DNA of 64,000 nt from Trichoplax adhaerens. Taxonomy: Eukaryota > Animalia > Placozoa. The stretch is taken from the NCBI RefSeq assembly GCF_000150275.1, contig NW_002060944.1, positions 4,592,123 to 4,656,122 of the forward strand, read 5' to 3'. The notes beneath the pieces are model-generated. The model saw nothing but the letters and a program-made list of their open reading frames with translations, had not been told where the DNA came from and did not search any database. The translations under genes were made by a program, and so were the position numbers. Shown piece by piece: positions 63,131-64,000 of the stretch (positions within the stretch are counted from its first letter, which is position 1; each line of letters starts with the position of its first letter).

Positions 63131-64000
63131 CTATTGCAAAAAAGGTTTAATCTTGATTAGGAAATGAAAATTTACAAAAATCACAGCAGTAATAGCCAGC
63201 GATCAGTACAATAAATATATTTATTATGCCATCTGCTTCGATTCCATTCATCAAGGGTATCACTGTTAAAAGTATTTTCTTACGCGCTATTACGTAATAG
63301 ACTAAAGTTTTGTTATAGCAATTTGATGCTTTTTCGAAAATTCTTAACAAAAATCCCTTGATATCTAGTCAAGAAATTGATACTGTGGCGCTATAAACGG
63401 ATACAAATCTGTTAGCACGTAAGTGAATATTCTTCGATTAACATAACACAAGATTAGCACGCACTACATCCAATAAGACTTTCAACTTTATGACATCATA
63501 ATGAAGGTAGACGAGAGTGCATTCTTATTCCGGTAAATTTTTGATTGGTTCTGTCTATTAGCAATTTAGCATGGGATCGCAATCATTTTCATATGTCAAG
63601 TACGGCATCATCTCGAAAAAAGACTGCTTAGTTAATAGGAGATTTTCAAGTTATTGTGATCCATATATTCTAATTATCAATATTGGACAAATTACATTTA
63701 TACTGTATATTGGAGGGTCTCTACTGTACACTCAGTGTACTACTGTCTACTGTACAGTACATAGAGTATAATGATCTACGAGTATATTATGGTGGTATGT
63801 AAACAAAGCAGGAAGTTTGGCGAGGTAAAAAGGGTAGTCGCAATTTATTTATTTTATTAAGATGGGCTTTCACAGTATCAATTCTATAGCTAATAAAGCA
63901 AGCCGAAATAGCCATTAAAGTTGTTGCTAAGCACACATCATTCCGTGCTAGTATACGTGTAGAAAAATCTTTTTTGAATATCTAAACACACTAGCCTCGT

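Overview
AT-rich, gene-dense eukaryotic DNA with many short (~70-150 nt) spliceosomal introns. The composition and gene set suggest a small-genome early-branching animal, most likely a placozoan such as Trichoplax; that assignment is an inference. I reconstructed the spliced genes by hand. In order they are: a 5'-truncated DUF4347-like gene (+), LYRM2 (-, absent from the ORF track), a C6orf136/DUF2358 homolog (+), DUSP12/YVH1 (-), VPS52 (+), ASPM with ~65 IQ-like motifs (+), a CTR1-type copper transporter (+), an orphan gene with an upstream RFX X-box (-), an intronless SAM methyltransferase (-), and a tail-to-tail pair of class I/II PLP aminotransferase paralogs, one of which has lost two canonical PLP-binding residues. 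Intergenic DNA and introns contain many local tandem duplications of different ages. The most notable observations are a ~270-nt densely structured, U-tract-terminated RNA-like element at 36.1-36.4 kb, two U12-type introns in VPS52 (one with non-canonical ends), a 42-bp TIR/TSD mini-element, a possible methyltransferase plus aminotransferase metabolic cluster, and gene content that maps to the human MHC paralogons.
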